DNA of 64,000 bases, from NCBI GenBank assembly GCA_031401775.1, contig JANNRV010000128.1, positions 13,918 through 77,917 of the forward strand, in the 5' to 3' direction. A program made the position numbers and the translations under genes. This document shows, in pieces, positions 50,530 through 61,400 of the stretch. A model generated the notes under the pieces. That model ran no database searches. It was not told where the DNA came from and saw only the letters and a list, made by a program, of their open reading frames with translations. The stretch is from Bacteroidia bacterium (GTDB lineage Bacteria > Bacteroidota > Bacteroidia > Cytophagales > Cyclobacteriaceae). Position 1 is the stretch's first letter. The number at the start of each line of letters is the position of its first letter.

Positions 50530-52467
50530 TTAAAGCGGCAATGCACATTCCTTGGCAAAATGGAGAGCAAATTCCTCCAGGTCCATTGTTCCCTGATCTC
50601 CGGCCCCATGTTTTCTAACGGCTACCTTGCCCTCCGCTACTTCCTTTTCACCGACAATCAGCATGTAGGGTACTTTCTTTACTTCTGCATCCCTTATCTT
50701 CCGGCCGATTTTCTCGTCCCGGTCATCTAAGAATCCGCGGATATCACGATTCTTCAGGTTATCAACCACCTGTGTTGCATAGTCATTAAACTTCTCTGAG
50801 ATCGGCAGAACTACAATCTGTTCCGGTGCAAGCCATAGCGGGAAGTTACCCGCACAATGCTCAATCAATACAGCCACGAATCGCTCTAGCGAACCAAATG
50901 GAGCCCTGTGAATCATCACCGGAGTATGCTTTTGATTATCCGATCCGATGTATTCCAATTCAAAACGCTGAGGCAATTGATAGTCTACCTGGATTGTACC
51001 GAGCTGCCAGCTTCTTCCCAATGCATCCTTCACCATGAAGTCAAGTTTAGGTCCATAGAATGCAGCCTCTCCTTTTACCGCTACGGTTATTAATCCGCGC
51101 TCGTTGGCAGCTTCCTGAATCTCTTGTTCTGCTTTATCCCAAAGATGATCTTCACCTATGTATTTTTCCTTGTTGGCAGGGTCGCGAAGTGAAACCTGTG
51201 CCGTATAGTTTTCAAACCCCAACGCATGAAACACATGAAGTACCAGATCAATCACTTTAATAAATTCTTCCTTGACCTGATCGGGTCTGCAAAAAATATG
51301 TGCATCGTCCTGGGTAAAGCCTCGAACGCGCGTAAGACCATGCAATTCTCCGCTCTGCTCATAGCGATAAACAGTTCCAAACTCTGCATAGCGAATAGGT
51401 AGATCCTTGTAAGAGCGTGGTTTCACTTTGTAAATCTCACAGTGGTGAGGACAATTCATTGGCTTCAACAAAAACTCTTCACCTTCCTCGGGTGTATGAA
51501 TGGGTTGAAATGAATCCTTACCATATTTCTCGTAGTGACCTGAAGTCACATACAATTGCTTACTACCAATGTGTGGTGTAACGACCGGATCGTACCCTGC
51601 TTTAATTTGCATCTTGCGCATGAATTGCTCAAGGCGTTCACGTAGGATGGTACCCTTCGGCAACCACAAAGGCAAACCCATGCCTACTTTCTCCGAGAAG
51701 GCAAACAATTCTAATTCCTTACCTAACTTACGGTGATCACGCTTCTTCGCTTCTTCTAACAAGTGAAGGTACTCTTCCAGTTCTTTTGCTTTTGGAAATG
51801 TAATGCCATAGATGCGTTTCAACATCTTGTTTTTTTCATTGCCGCGCCAATAGGCTCCGGCCACGTTGAGCATCTTCACTGCTTTGATTACACCAGTCGA
51901 TGGAATATGTGGGCCACGGCAGAGGTCGGTAAAGTTACCTTGCTTATAAAAGGTGATGGTACCATCCGCGAGTCCATCGATGAGTTCAAGCTTGTACTCA
52001 TCTCCTTTCTTTTGGAAGTATTCGATTGCATCTTTTTTTGAAACTTCACTTCGAACAAACTGACTGTTGGTCTTCGCTAACTCCACCATTTTTTTCTCCA
52101 GTATGAGCAAGTCGTCTTCCCCAAAAGGTCTATCGCCTAAATCAATATCGTAATAGAATCCATTTTCAATGGGAGGACCAATGCCTAACTTTACGCCAGG
52201 GTAAAGGGCTTCCAATGCTTCTGCCATCACGTGCGCTGACGAATGCCAAAATGCATACTTCCCTCCTTTGTCATTCCAGGTAAAAATCTTAATGGAAGCA
52301 TCATTGGAAATCGGGCGGTTTAAATCCCAAATCTCACCATTAACTTCTATGGACAGTGCATTGCGGGCCAACCCTTCACTGATGCTTTGGGCAATCTCCA
52401 TCCCTTTGACTCCGATTGGAAATTCCTTGACTGAGCCATCGGGCAGGGTTATTTTTAGTGAACTCAT
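50530..52467 (-). CDS. thrS: Threonine--tRNA ligase
   Basis: TGS domain, [22 protein letters not shown] and [11 protein letters not shown]. Confidence 0.98.
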   Translation of the reverse strand: MSSLKITLPDGSVKEFPIGVKGMEIAQSISEGLARNALSIEVNGEIWDLNRPISNDASIKIFTWNDKGGKYAFWHSSAHVMAEALEALYPGVKLGIGPPIENGFYYDIDLGDRPFGEDDLLILEKKMVELAKTNSQFVRSEVSKKDAIEYFQKKGDEYKLELIDGLADGTITFYKQGNFTDLCRGPHIPSTGVIKAVKMLNVAGAYWRGNEKNKMLKRIYGITFPKAKELEEYLHLLEEAKKRDHRKLGKELELFAFSEKVGMGLPLWLPKGTILRERLEQFMRKMQIKAGYDPVVTPHIGSKQLYVTSGHYEKYGKDSFQPIHTPEEGEEFLLKPMNCPHHCEIYKVKPRSYKDLPIRYAEFGTVYRYEQSGELHGLTRVRGFTQDDAHIFCRPDQVKEEFIKVIDLVLHVFHALGFENYTAQVSLRDPANKEKYIGEDHLWDKAEQEIQEAANERGLITVAVKGEAAFYGPKLDFMVKDALGRSWQLGTIQVDYQLPQRFELEYIGSDNQKHTPVMIHRAPFGSLERFVAVLIEHCAGNFPLWLAPEQIVVLPISEKFNDYATQVVDNLKNRDIRGFLDDRDEKIGRKIRDAEVKKVPYMLIVGEKEVAEGKVAVRKHGAGDQGTMDLEEFALHFAKECALPL

Positions 52468-52546
52468 GAATAGTAAATTTCAGGATGCAAATATGCAATT
52501 TAGTCAACAGTTCAACGACAGTGAACTTGAGTTTTTTTGAATAGCA

Positions 52547-55063
52547 TCAAAGCTGGAACTGGACGGTGAACAGGACTCCAAATTTCCGGGCATCCGCATT
52601 CTCGAGGTAAGACAAGCGATGAACAAAGTCTACTCGCAATACCCGGAAGATATTCTCGACACCATATCCCAATTCAACATAAGGCTTATTTTCCAGGAAG
52701 CCCACTACTGGTGCTGCTTCGCCTGAGCTGTTGGTGGTCGCAATGAGGTCTCGGTTCGATTGACGCATGCCCCCCACAATAATGTTGGTGGTTCCTAGTA
52801 AGCGCCAGTTTAATTTTTTAAGTAAGGGTACTCTGTTGAGAAATAATCCTTCAAAGTAATGTTGGTACTGTAAAGATGCAAAGTGATCGCTCACAAACTC
52901 ACCGTAGTTCATAAGATTATATGTCACGGTTGAATATAATGGTGACTGATTTCCAAGATGAAGTGCCAATAAAGGGTAGGGTAAGGTATTGAATACATTT
53001 TCTCCGGTTACAGTCAGGTAAGAATAACCCAAAGGACCCCACGTAATTCGCTTCCTCACTGTCAATTTCAGCTTATTGAAATCAAAATCGCTACCCAATA
53101 CCCCACTTATCCCATGTGTATACTTCAAGGTGATCACCGGCCATTTATCTGTACCTAAACTTAAACGTTCATTGTCATTTTGTATAAAGAGTTCATCGCG
53201 TGCATACCGCGACTCAAGCGAAACCTCAGTGGATTGAAATTCTTCCAGTATCTGTGAATTAAGATCGCTTGGATCTTCATAATAGCCGAAATTATAAGTT
53301 GGATCAAAACTCCAGTTGCGAAAGGAAATTTTTTGAGAAAACCCTTTGAATAGCTCCCTCTGAAACGCAACCCGATATTCATTGAAATAATATCCGCGTC
53401 TAAAAAGTCCCCAGCGTGTGGCTGCAAGAAAAATAGGATTATCCGCAAGGGCCTCATCATCCACTCCAACACGGGCGATATCACTCCGCACCCTGAATGA
53501 TAAGGTAGTCCATCGCTGCTTAGATAGTAGTTTTGTTGCGGTGGCGGAGTATTTAATACGGGTATCATTAAATCCATAACCCAGTTGCAGATTATAAATC
53601 CACTTCTTACTAAAATTAATATTCGTCTTGAATCCGAATTGAGTTCGTAATCCTTCAATATTATTCCAGGCCATAAAACCCAAGTAGGGACCGATCTCTA
53701 TTTTACCAACCTTTACATAACCATCAAGGAATGCTTTAATGATTTCTGTATAGGTATGAACGATGGGAATGTTTCGAAGCGTGTCAATCATTCGATATAC
53801 ATTCTTTTCAGTTTCTGATAGGGGCTCATGTCGAAGTGTGTCCCAATATTTTTCCTCTTCAAACATACGTGCGTCTTCAGCTACCAATATGGGTCTTTCG
53901 TAGAATGCCTTTTCGTACGGATGGTTCGTCACAAAGTTTTTATTGCTGGTATAAAACTTAGCGAGCATCCCCGCTGAATTCTTACTGATTTCACCCACAT
54001 CAATTAAGACTCTATTCTTCACTGGCAACCATGGTCCTAAATCAGTTGGAGCAAGTTCTTGCTGAATTTTGATTTTCTCGATAAAATTTAGGTTCGCCTG
54101 GCTTCCAACCCTAGCATCAATTTGCTTTAATGCATATTCTTTTTTGGTAATCCATATCGTACCCGTAAAGGCTAAATCTTGTTCGCTTTTTGGATAAAAG
54201 TCTAATCGATAGCAGAAATCATCTCCAATATAAAGACTGTCTGTTAAGTCATACTCATAATAGATCCGCCAGCCATCTGCAATGGGTGAAACAAAATCCT
54301 TGGAAACAATGGTTAACCAATTCTGATAAAAATTATATTCCTGGAAAGAAGATCCAATGAACTGAATCGTTGTTGTGCCATCCTCCATGCCAACCCCATT
54401 AATCTTTGATTTTAAGATATGTTCCTTCTTAAGAGAGGGATCATCACGATAATAAAGTTTGGAAACGCTTTCGGTGATGTAGATGGGAAGTATTGGCTTG
54501 CCGTCTTCCCCTGCTATACGCTCAATGCTGTCCATTACCCTGGTAATCTTCTTGACAACTTTCTTTTCCCGAAACTCATCAGAAATATGATCTATGTCAA
54601 TTTCAATCTTGGTATAGGTATCATATTCATAAGCAGCAAGCTTCCGTTTATCATTGTCATTTTTATTGCGGACCGTCCTGCGTAATATTTCAAAGGCAGG
54701 ATTCTCGCCAGACATCACCACCACCTCCTGAAGATTGGTGACATCTTCAACTAATTGAAAATTAAGCGTTTGCCTTACCCCCTTCTTTATTGCTTTGGAT
54801 TTGGATTTATAGCCTATGTACGAAGCAACGACTGTGTCGGTTGGTTTTGAGGTTTTTAGTAAGAAATTACCATCAAAATCTGTTGTGACACCAATACCAG
54901 TTCCTTTATAGACGATGTTGACAAAGGGTATAGGGTCGCCTGAATTGGCATCGATTATTTTGCCTTGCACAATCGTTTCCTGAGCCTGAATGAGGCTGGC
55001 AAACGAAACCAAAAATACAAAGGGGATTAAAAAGGAAGTCCTACACTTCTGAATTCTTCTCAC
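52547..55063 (-). CDS. DUF5686-like outer-membrane protein with a carboxypeptidase-regulatory-like N-domain
   Basis: Signal peptide, GKIIDANSGDPIPFVNI and C-terminal YVELGYGVENIFRVLRVDFV. TAAATTTG -7 element at 55080-55087. Confidence 0.75.
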   Translation of the reverse strand: MRRIQKCRTSFLIPFVFLVSFASLIQAQETIVQGKIIDANSGDPIPFVNIVYKGTGIGVTTDFDGNFLLKTSKPTDTVVASYIGYKSKSKAIKKGVRQTLNFQLVEDVTNLQEVVVMSGENPAFEILRRTVRNKNDNDKRKLAAYEYDTYTKIEIDIDHISDEFREKKVVKKITRVMDSIERIAGEDGKPILPIYITESVSKLYYRDDPSLKKEHILKSKINGVGMEDGTTTIQFIGSSFQEYNFYQNWLTIVSKDFVSPIADGWRIYYEYDLTDSLYIGDDFCYRLDFYPKSEQDLAFTGTIWITKKEYALKQIDARVGSQANLNFIEKIKIQQELAPTDLGPWLPVKNRVLIDVGEISKNSAGMLAKFYTSNKNFVTNHPYEKAFYERPILVAEDARMFEEEKYWDTLRHEPLSETEKNVYRMIDTLRNIPIVHTYTEIIKAFLDGYVKVGKIEIGPYLGFMAWNNIEGLRTQFGFKTNINFSKKWIYNLQLGYGFNDTRIKYSATATKLLSKQRWTTLSFRVRSDIARVGVDDEALADNPIFLAATRWGLFRRGYYFNEYRVAFQRELFKGFSQKISFRNWSFDPTYNFGYYEDPSDLNSQILEEFQSTEVSLESRYARDELFIQNDNERLSLGTDKWPVITLKYTHGISGVLGSDFDFNKLKLTVRKRITWGPLGYSYLTVTGENVFNTLPYPLLALHLGNQSPLYSTVTYNLMNYGEFVSDHFASLQYQHYFEGLFLNRVPLLKKLNWRLLGTTNIIVGGMRQSNRDLIATTNSSGEAAPVVGFLENKPYVELGYGVENIFRVLRVDFVHRLSYLENADARKFGVLFTVQFQL

Positions 55064-55153
55064 AACAACAGATTAAGCGCAAATTTAAGCATTTATACGA
55101 GGAAAGACGTTTAGTGATCGACCAAAGGGAATAAAATTTGCTAAGTAGGAAAA

Positions 55154-55801
55154 TCAGATTTGCAAATGCTCTTTCTCACCCAAATGACGGGGAGTTGTTT
55201 TGAGAATATAAAGATCTAATACTGCTTTTGTTCGTGCAAAATATTCACGAATATAAACATTGAATGCTGCCTCTTCAATTGGTTCCTGAGCAATAATTGC
55301 AACCGCATCCATATTATAATAACGGCTTATGAATATGGCCCGATACGAATGAAACGGTTGAGTAATAATGATAATTTTATCCTGCCCAAAAATTTCTTTG
55401 CAGCGAACTATCGAGTCGAGGGTTCTTAGCCCCGCGTAGTCTAACGTAATCACAGAATCAGGAACACCCCATTTTAAAAGTGCTTTCCGCATTTCAAAGG
55501 GTTCATTATAATAGACCGTACGATTATCGCCACTAAGAATAAAATGAGTCACCTTTCCTTCCTTGTATAAGTTCGCGGCTGTGGCAATTCGGTTGCTAAA
55601 AAAGGGATTAGGCAATCCGTTGGTGAGTCTATTGCTTGTGCCCAACACAAGGGCAACCGTGGCACCCGGAACATCATTGAAATCTGTGAATATTTGATGC
55701 GCTGTACTCTTTACCACCCAGATATTTGTCGCCAGTAATAGACTAAATAACAAGCCCAAGGCAATCAATCCCCACTTCAGTACCTTCTTAATAAAACCCA
55801 T
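55154..55801 (-). CDS. SanA/YdcF (DUF218) family protein
   Basis: LVLGTS, ILSGDN, DYAGLRTLDS, ITQPFHSYRA and REYFAR motifs. Confidence 0.88.
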   Translation of the reverse strand: MGFIKKVLKWGLIALGLLFSLLLATNIWVVKSTAHQIFTDFNDVPGATVALVLGTSNRLTNGLPNPFFSNRIATAANLYKEGKVTHFILSGDNRTVYYNEPFEMRKALLKWGVPDSVITLDYAGLRTLDSIVRCKEIFGQDKIIIITQPFHSYRAIFISRYYNMDAVAIIAQEPIEEAAFNVYIREYFARTKAVLDLYILKTTPRHLGEKEHLQI

Positions 55802-55900
55802 ACGCTAAAGACGATGTAAAGTTACTCAGAATATATTTTAGGCAAATACGCCTTCATGATATCTTTCGGTAGACCTTAGCTGCTTATAAGAAGGGCTTCT

Positions 55901-56617
55901 CTAAGAATTTGGCTCAGGCGCGTGAGGGGAAAGAACCAGTTTGGAGAGAAATTCACGCTCAATGATGTCGGATTTCCGAACCACTTTGCGGAACCATTGA
56001 AGCCGGATATCCTTTTTTTCTTCGTCCGAAAGATGCCAGTCCACAGATGAATTCCGAAGCTTCGGCATTAATGTATTCATGCAGATGGCTGCACTGACGG
56101 AGATATTCATACTTTCAGTAAAACCATACATAGGAATCTTCACCCGAAGATCGCAATGTTCATCAGCATACGAGGAAATTCCTTTCAGCTCATTTCCCAT
56201 CACAAGTGCAATTTTATCTTGCACCGGTACTTCATCAATAGATAGGCAATCCGGTGAGGGATCGGTCACGATAATTTTATAACCCTTTTCCCTAAGCGCC
56301 TTAAAACAAGCTTCTGAATTATTGATATCTTTTGTTCTGTACCGAATTAAATCCAACCACTTATTAGAGCCTTTTAACACTTTAATATTGACCTGGTACT
56401 TGCTTTGGTCTTCAATAATGTGAACATCCTGAAGCCCCATGCATTCGCAGGTTCTTACCACTGCACTCGCATTTTGCGATTGATAAATATTTTCCATGAC
56501 CACCGAGATATGCCGTGTACGCTGATCAAGCACTCGGGTAATGAACTCCTTTTTGTGGTCGGATATGTACTGAGCAAAGTGATCGGTAAGAAGCTGGCGG
56601 TGTTCGGAACTAAGCAT
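55901..56617 (-). CDS. TrmH/SpoU-family RNA methyltransferase
   Basis: QNASAVVRTC, VMGNELKGIS and IPMYGFTESMNISV. Confidence 0.9.
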   Translation of the reverse strand: MLSSEHRQLLTDHFAQYISDHKKEFITRVLDQRTRHISVVMENIYQSQNASAVVRTCECMGLQDVHIIEDQSKYQVNIKVLKGSNKWLDLIRYRTKDINNSEACFKALREKGYKIIVTDPSPDCLSIDEVPVQDKIALVMGNELKGISSYADEHCDLRVKIPMYGFTESMNISVSAAICMNTLMPKLRNSSVDWHLSDEEKKDIRLQWFRKVVRKSDIIEREFLSKLVLSPHAPEPNS

Positions 56618-56718
56618 GGAGAATTATTTCTAATAAAGTAAAAATAGTCAAGCGTCCGGATCGCAGGACAAATTCTTCATACTGATAAGAGATGTCTTCT
56701 TTTGAAGCTTGTCAATGC

Positions 56719-56925
56719 TCAATACCCAAACCACTTTTTCCAAAATGGCTTTTTCATATCCTCGCGGGTAATCACAACTAATTCCCAAGCTGCATCAGCT
56801 TTACGCTGGGCTGCATCAGCCATTCTGCGAAGCTCAAGGGTCTCTTCCTTAATAGCGAAGGTCATACTTCTCGTTTCTCTGATTTCTTCGCTTAATAATT
56901 CGATGATTTTAGAATCCATATACAA
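56719..56925 (-). CDS. Small hypothetical coiled-coil protein
   Basis: 68-aa helical ORF ending KKPFWKKWFGY, filling an intergenic gap. Confidence 0.45.
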   Translation of the reverse strand: MYMDSKIIELLSEEIRETRSMTFAIKEETLELRRMADAAQRKADAAWELVVITREDMKKPFWKKWFGY

Positions 56926-56964
56926 AAATACAGAATTCTTATATTTGCAACGAAATTTTAAAGA

Positions 56965-57744
56965 ATGCGTTTTTTAGCCGTTTGTCTAAGTATTTCATGG
57001 GGAGTAACCCTGTCCGTAGCAGGGCAAGGGACTTCTTTTTACGCTCCCTTTGATTCTCCTCCCTATGCCTTTCAGCATGTTGATCACATGAATGAATTGG
57101 TAAAGTCGTTGCACGATGACACGAAGTTGCCTGAAAAACCTCCCCTCATGGATGAGTCTCCCTGGAAGCGATGGGCAACCGTGGACAATTATTCATTTGG
57201 TAAGGACAGGGGTGGTATGCCCATGATTGCCGATCTCAATGCACTTCACCCTTACTTTCGTGATAAGATTTTTGAACTCGTCAAAATTTGCAAATCAAAA
57301 GGAATTGAATTAGCCGTAGTCGAATCATTTCGAACGCATTCCAAACAAAATGAATACAAGAGCATGGGTAAAAAATATACCCGGTCTTCAGGCGGAAGCT
57401 CCAAGCATCAATACGGTCTGGCGGTAGATGTAGTTCCTATCATTGATTCTGTAGCAGACTGGCATAACTATGCAGTATGGAAAAAAGTCGGAGCCATTGG
57501 CGAGAAACTCGGTCTGCGATGGGGTGGGCGTTGGAAACACATGTATGACCCTGGACACTTTGAATGGACCGGAGGTCTAAGTAGTTATCATTTAGCTACT
57601 GGAAAATTTCCAAAAATACCCAAACCCCAACTTTATCCTTGCCTTGAAGAAGATCTCTCACAATTGACATCCTTCTGGCAATCCTGGGAAACGGAGCAAT
57701 CTACTATTGCCAGTCAAAAGGTGGAACAGGGCAAGATGAAATAA
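56965..57744 (+). CDS. M15-family metallopeptidase (CwlK/VanY-like)
   Basis: SKHQYGLAVD (H-x6-D) and DPGHFE. TATATTTG -7 element at 56940-56947. Confidence 0.85.
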   Translation: MRFLAVCLSISWGVTLSVAGQGTSFYAPFDSPPYAFQHVDHMNELVKSLHDDTKLPEKPPLMDESPWKRWATVDNYSFGKDRGGMPMIADLNALHPYFRDKIFELVKICKSKGIELAVVESFRTHSKQNEYKSMGKKYTRSSGGSSKHQYGLAVDVVPIIDSVADWHNYAVWKKVGAIGEKLGLRWGGRWKHMYDPGHFEWTGGLSSYHLATGKFPKIPKPQLYPCLEEDLSQLTSFWQSWETEQSTIASQKVEQGKMK

Positions 57745-58964
57745 TGCAATACCTCTTCCCCAAGGATTTTATCTTCGGTACAAGTACTGCTGCTACCCAA
57801 ATCGAAACTGCATTCCAACACGATTGGCAAGGTGTAACATCAAAAGATGGATATGTATTTGATCGCACTACCGATCACGAACTTCATTTTAAAGAAGATG
57901 CAGAAATCATTGCCTCTCTTGCCCCTCATTATCGGATGGGACTTATGTGGAGTAAACTTCAGCGCGAACCTCTTGGTAAGTTTGATGCTGACACTGTAAC
58001 GTCTTACAGGGAATTTCTAAATGATTTAAAATCTCGTAGTGTGAAAATCATGATGGTGCTTCATCACTTCACCAACCCGTTGTGGTTTTCAAAAATGGGT
58101 GGATGGGAAAAGGAAGAGAACATTCACTTTTGGGTTGACTTCTGCAAAAAAGTAATTGATGAGTTTGGAGAATACGTCTCCCACTGGAATACTTTTAATG
58201 AACCGAACGTCTATGCTAGCAATGGATGGATCACGGGCTTCTTCCCACCCTTTAAGAACAATCCTTATCTCGCAGGCAAAGCGGTGAAGAACATGGGGAA
58301 AGCCCACGACCTTGTTTACGATTACATCAAATCAAAATACCCTGAGCAACCTGTAGGCATATCGCATAACGCGATAGTCTTTTCTGCTGAAAATGTGTTA
58401 GGCTGGTTTCCTATGCGTCTCAGCGATTGGTGGTTTATGGAGTGGGTGCCTAAGCATTTTGAGAAAGTAGATTTCTTTGGTATGAGTTATTATGCACGCG
58501 TACCCCATGATCCCATGCCTATCACTTACATTGATACACCAGAAAAAATGAAAAATCTGGGTAGGCCCCACGATGATATGTGGGAATACCATCCGGAAGG
58601 ATTGCGGACTTGCATCGATCGGTATTGGAACCAGTATAAAAAGCCAATCATTATTACAGAAAACGGTGTGTGTGATGAAAGTGATGTCCTTCGTCAACAA
58701 GCTATCATTGACTACGCCCTAATTCTTCACCAGGCACTACAAGATGGAATTGATATCAAGGGATATTATTGGTGGAGTGCCTGGGATAATTTTGAGTGGC
58801 ATCTTGGTCCTACCAAACGATTTGGTCTTTATGAATGTGATCTAGAAACCAAGAACAGAACCAAACGAGCAAGTGCGGATATCTTCAGTAGGCTGGCACA
58901 CTTTAAGATGTTTGAAAAGGAATTCAACCCGATGAGGGAATCACATCTGCAAGTTAGTGTCTAA
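57744..58964 (+). CDS. Glycoside hydrolase family 1
   Basis: TFNEP acid/base and ITENG nucleophile motifs, DNFEW. Confidence 0.92.
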   Translation: MQYLFPKDFIFGTSTAATQIETAFQHDWQGVTSKDGYVFDRTTDHELHFKEDAEIIASLAPHYRMGLMWSKLQREPLGKFDADTVTSYREFLNDLKSRSVKIMMVLHHFTNPLWFSKMGGWEKEENIHFWVDFCKKVIDEFGEYVSHWNTFNEPNVYASNGWITGFFPPFKNNPYLAGKAVKNMGKAHDLVYDYIKSKYPEQPVGISHNAIVFSAENVLGWFPMRLSDWWFMEWVPKHFEKVDFFGMSYYARVPHDPMPITYIDTPEKMKNLGRPHDDMWEYHPEGLRTCIDRYWNQYKKPIIITENGVCDESDVLRQQAIIDYALILHQALQDGIDIKGYYWWSAWDNFEWHLGPTKRFGLYECDLETKNRTKRASADIFSRLAHFKMFEKEFNPMRESHLQVSV

Positions 58965-58968
58965 CTTA

Positions 58969-59101
58969 AGGGCATCTCTAAAAACCTTGTCTGGTTGAAC
59001 CTGTCGAAACCAGTTTGTCCTTCCAGTTTGTTACTTATTGAATTCCAAAACGACTTCGACAAGCTCAGTCTGACACACAATTTAGGCATTAGAGATGCTC
59101 T
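58969..59101. repeat. MITE-like element between convergent GH1 and OmpA genes
   Basis: AGGGCATCTCTAA ... TTAGAGATGCTCT, enclosing TGTCTGGTTGAACCTGTCGAA and TTCGACAAGCTCAGTCTGACA. Confidence 0.7.
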
Positions 59102-59108
59102 GAATTGT

Positions 59109-59783
59109 CTAATCCTTCAATACACGCATTTCTACTCTGCGATTTAAATTCCGTGCATCTGCATTCTTTCCGTTGGATATTGGCTGAGTACCACCAAAGG
59201 CTTTTGTTTTAATCCGATCTTTTGTAATACCTTTTGCTACCATATATTTTTTCACCACCTCCACCCGATCCTGTGATATTTTCATGTTGTCCTTTGGATC
59301 ACCCGATACATCGGTATGACCTTCCAACTGAATCTCCATTTTCATATCATCTTTCAACATGGCTACTACTTCGTCCAGTTCGGGAAAAGATTTTGGATTG
59401 ATTACCGCCTTACCTTGTTCAAAGTTAAGGGTGTTCAGCCGAATAGTTTGTCCTTCAGGCGTTAGCAAAATATTGCGCACTACTTTATTGTTTGCATCAA
59501 TGTCCTTAGGGTCAACAATAGCTGTTCGTGGAATGTAGCCTTCAGCCTCTGCGGTAATCTGGTACTTGGCCGTACCAAAGATGGTAAACGAAAATGTACT
59601 ATCGTTAAACCTTCCCGTAAGGCTTCCTGTGGGAATACTCTTATAAAAAATCTTCGCTTTAATCCCTTTGCCCGTCAGTGCGTGCGTAATTTTCCCTTCA
59701 GCAATTATTTCCTGGGCGGAGGAATGAAATGATGCAGAGAGTATCAAAACTCCGAGGATGCTATTTCTTAGGTTTTCTTTCAT
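59109..59783 (-). CDS. OmpA-family peptidoglycan-binding protein
   Basis: Signal peptide from ATG 59783. LEGHTD, SQDRVEVV and LNRRVE motifs. Confidence 0.88.
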   Translation of the reverse strand: MKENLRNSILGVLILSASFHSSAQEIIAEGKITHALTGKGIKAKIFYKSIPTGSLTGRFNDSTFSFTIFGTAKYQITAEAEGYIPRTAIVDPKDIDANNKVVRNILLTPEGQTIRLNTLNFEQGKAVINPKSFPELDEVVAMLKDDMKMEIQLEGHTDVSGDPKDNMKISQDRVEVVKKYMVAKGITKDRIKTKAFGGTQPISNGKNADARNLNRRVEMRVLKD

Positions 59784-59959
59784 AATGGAAATGAATAGAC
59801 GTTTGCTATTATTCAGTGAGTGACAAAGATAAGCTTTAATCAAACTACTCAGTTGCCATTCACCCCTTCCAAAACTACTTTTAACTGTCAATTGCAAAAA
59901 CTCAACTGTGGAAAATCGAAATCGATTATATTGCGATGGCTCCATAACAACTAACAACA

Positions 59960-60946
59960 ATGACAGAAGTCAATCTTTTAAATAATTGCTGGCATCCTGT
60001 TGCCTACAGTTATCAAGTGACAGACAAACCGTATGGCACGAAATTATTGGATGAACATTTGGTGATCTGGCGGTCTTCGGATGGAAAACCCAATGCCATG
60101 AAAGACCTTTGCGTTCATAGGGGAACAGCACTTTCATTAGGTTGGATTACTGAAGATGCAATTGTATGTCCTTATCATGGATGGCGCTACAACAAAAAAG
60201 GAAATTGTACGACAATACCCCAAAGCGCGGCTCAAATTATTCCCGCCAAAGCTTGTGTTAAATCCTACCAGAGTCAGGAACGTTATGGATTAATCTGGGT
60301 AGCGCTGGATGAGCCCAAGTATCCACTCCCGGAAATTCCTGAATATGAAGCGGGAGATTGGAAGATTGTTAACACCGGGCCATTCATCTGGAAAAGTGAT
60401 GCCTCACGGCAAGTGGAAAACTTCACCGACTTTGGACACTTTCCGTGGGTTCATCCCGGGTTGTTGGGTGATGTTGATCGGCCCTTGGTTCCTGATTATT
60501 CTGTTGAGACGAAAGGCCGCATACTTCATTATACAGTAGTAAGGCCCGAAGCCCCTAACTCGGATGATTTTCCTGTATTTGGAAATGAACAATCTGTAAA
60601 GCCCGAAAGGAGAAGTCGCTATGAACTTCAATTACCTTACAGCATCGTGCTTAGGCTTGGATGGGGCGGTGAAAAAGGAATGGTTTATTTTTTTGTATCC
60701 CAACCCGTTTCTAAGAATCAATGTATTGGTTATTGTATCATCGGCCGCAACTATGATTTTGACCAACCTGATAGCGCGTTACAGAAATTTGAGGAAACCA
60801 TCTTCGGTCAGGATCAACGGATCGTGGAATCACAAAGACCGGAACAAGTACCCTTTGATTTAGCTGACGAGCTTCACTTGAAGTTTGATGCCGTTGCTAT
60901 TGCCTACCGTAAAGCCATGCACGCTCACGGATTTGATCTGAATTGA
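59960..60946 (+). CDS. Rieske non-heme iron oxygenase alpha subunit (VanA-like)
   Basis: CVH-x17-CPYH Rieske motif and ENFTDFGHFPWVH mononuclear iron site. Confidence 0.9.
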   Translation: MTEVNLLNNCWHPVAYSYQVTDKPYGTKLLDEHLVIWRSSDGKPNAMKDLCVHRGTALSLGWITEDAIVCPYHGWRYNKKGNCTTIPQSAAQIIPAKACVKSYQSQERYGLIWVALDEPKYPLPEIPEYEAGDWKIVNTGPFIWKSDASRQVENFTDFGHFPWVHPGLLGDVDRPLVPDYSVETKGRILHYTVVRPEAPNSDDFPVFGNEQSVKPERRSRYELQLPYSIVLRLGWGGEKGMVYFFVSQPVSKNQCIGYCIIGRNYDFDQPDSALQKFEETIFGQDQRIVESQRPEQVPFDLADELHLKFDAVAIAYRKAMHAHGFDLN

Positions 60947-60975
60947 TTTCGTAAAATTGGCTGGATCAATATCAG

Positions 60976-61158
60976 TTATGACCTGAGACCAGCATCTTTG
61001 AGGATAGAATTGAGAGTTCCAGTCGGAACATCTTTGCTATGGATAGGAACTACAATGATCTTATGACCGATCTTCCTGTAAATTGCATGGCTTCCAGATT
61101 GGCGCACAAAAACAAATCCCTCTTTTTCTAAAAGCTTTATAAGTTCTTTAGGCTTCAT
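60976..61158 (-). CDS. hicA: HicA-family toxin
   Basis: RQSGSH catalytic His, VVPIH and GTLNSILKDAG. Confidence 0.9.
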   Translation of the reverse strand: MKPKELIKLLEKEGFVFVRQSGSHAIYRKIGHKIIVVPIHSKDVPTGTLNSILKDAGLRS

Positions 61159-61354
61159 CCAGCATTTGGGCTGTCTGGCGAACTATCTCTTCCTCCATCA
61201 CTGTATCAAGATAAAGCTGAATAGCGTCCTTCAAATTTTCCAACGCTATATTAACAGTTTTTCCGTGTGTATGACAGCCCGGTAACTCAGGGCTCCATGC
61301 GTGAAACTCGGCACCATCTTTCTCAACTTTGAACGTAAAGGGGAGGTCTTTCAT
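61148..61354 (-). CDS. hicB: HicB-family antitoxin (short, no DNA-binding domain), upstream of hicA
   Basis: PELPGCHTHGKT...ENLKDAI. Overlaps the hicA start. Confidence 0.88.
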   Translation of the reverse strand: MKDLPFTFKVEKDGAEFHAWSPELPGCHTHGKTVNIALENLKDAIQLYLDTVMEEEIVRQTAQMLDEA

Positions 61355-61400
61355 AGAATTAAGGTACAACTAAAAAATAACAATTCAAGAAGAAGTTGAG

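Noticed and set aside
56965-57744. Link between this M15 peptidase and the M15-like Rhs tip
   Set aside because: It lies outside the repeat-bounded region, has canonical motif spacing and shows no visible similarity beyond the metal ligands.
60976-61354. hicB-before-hicA order as a novelty
   Set aside because: Both gene orders and short HicB proteins are already known.
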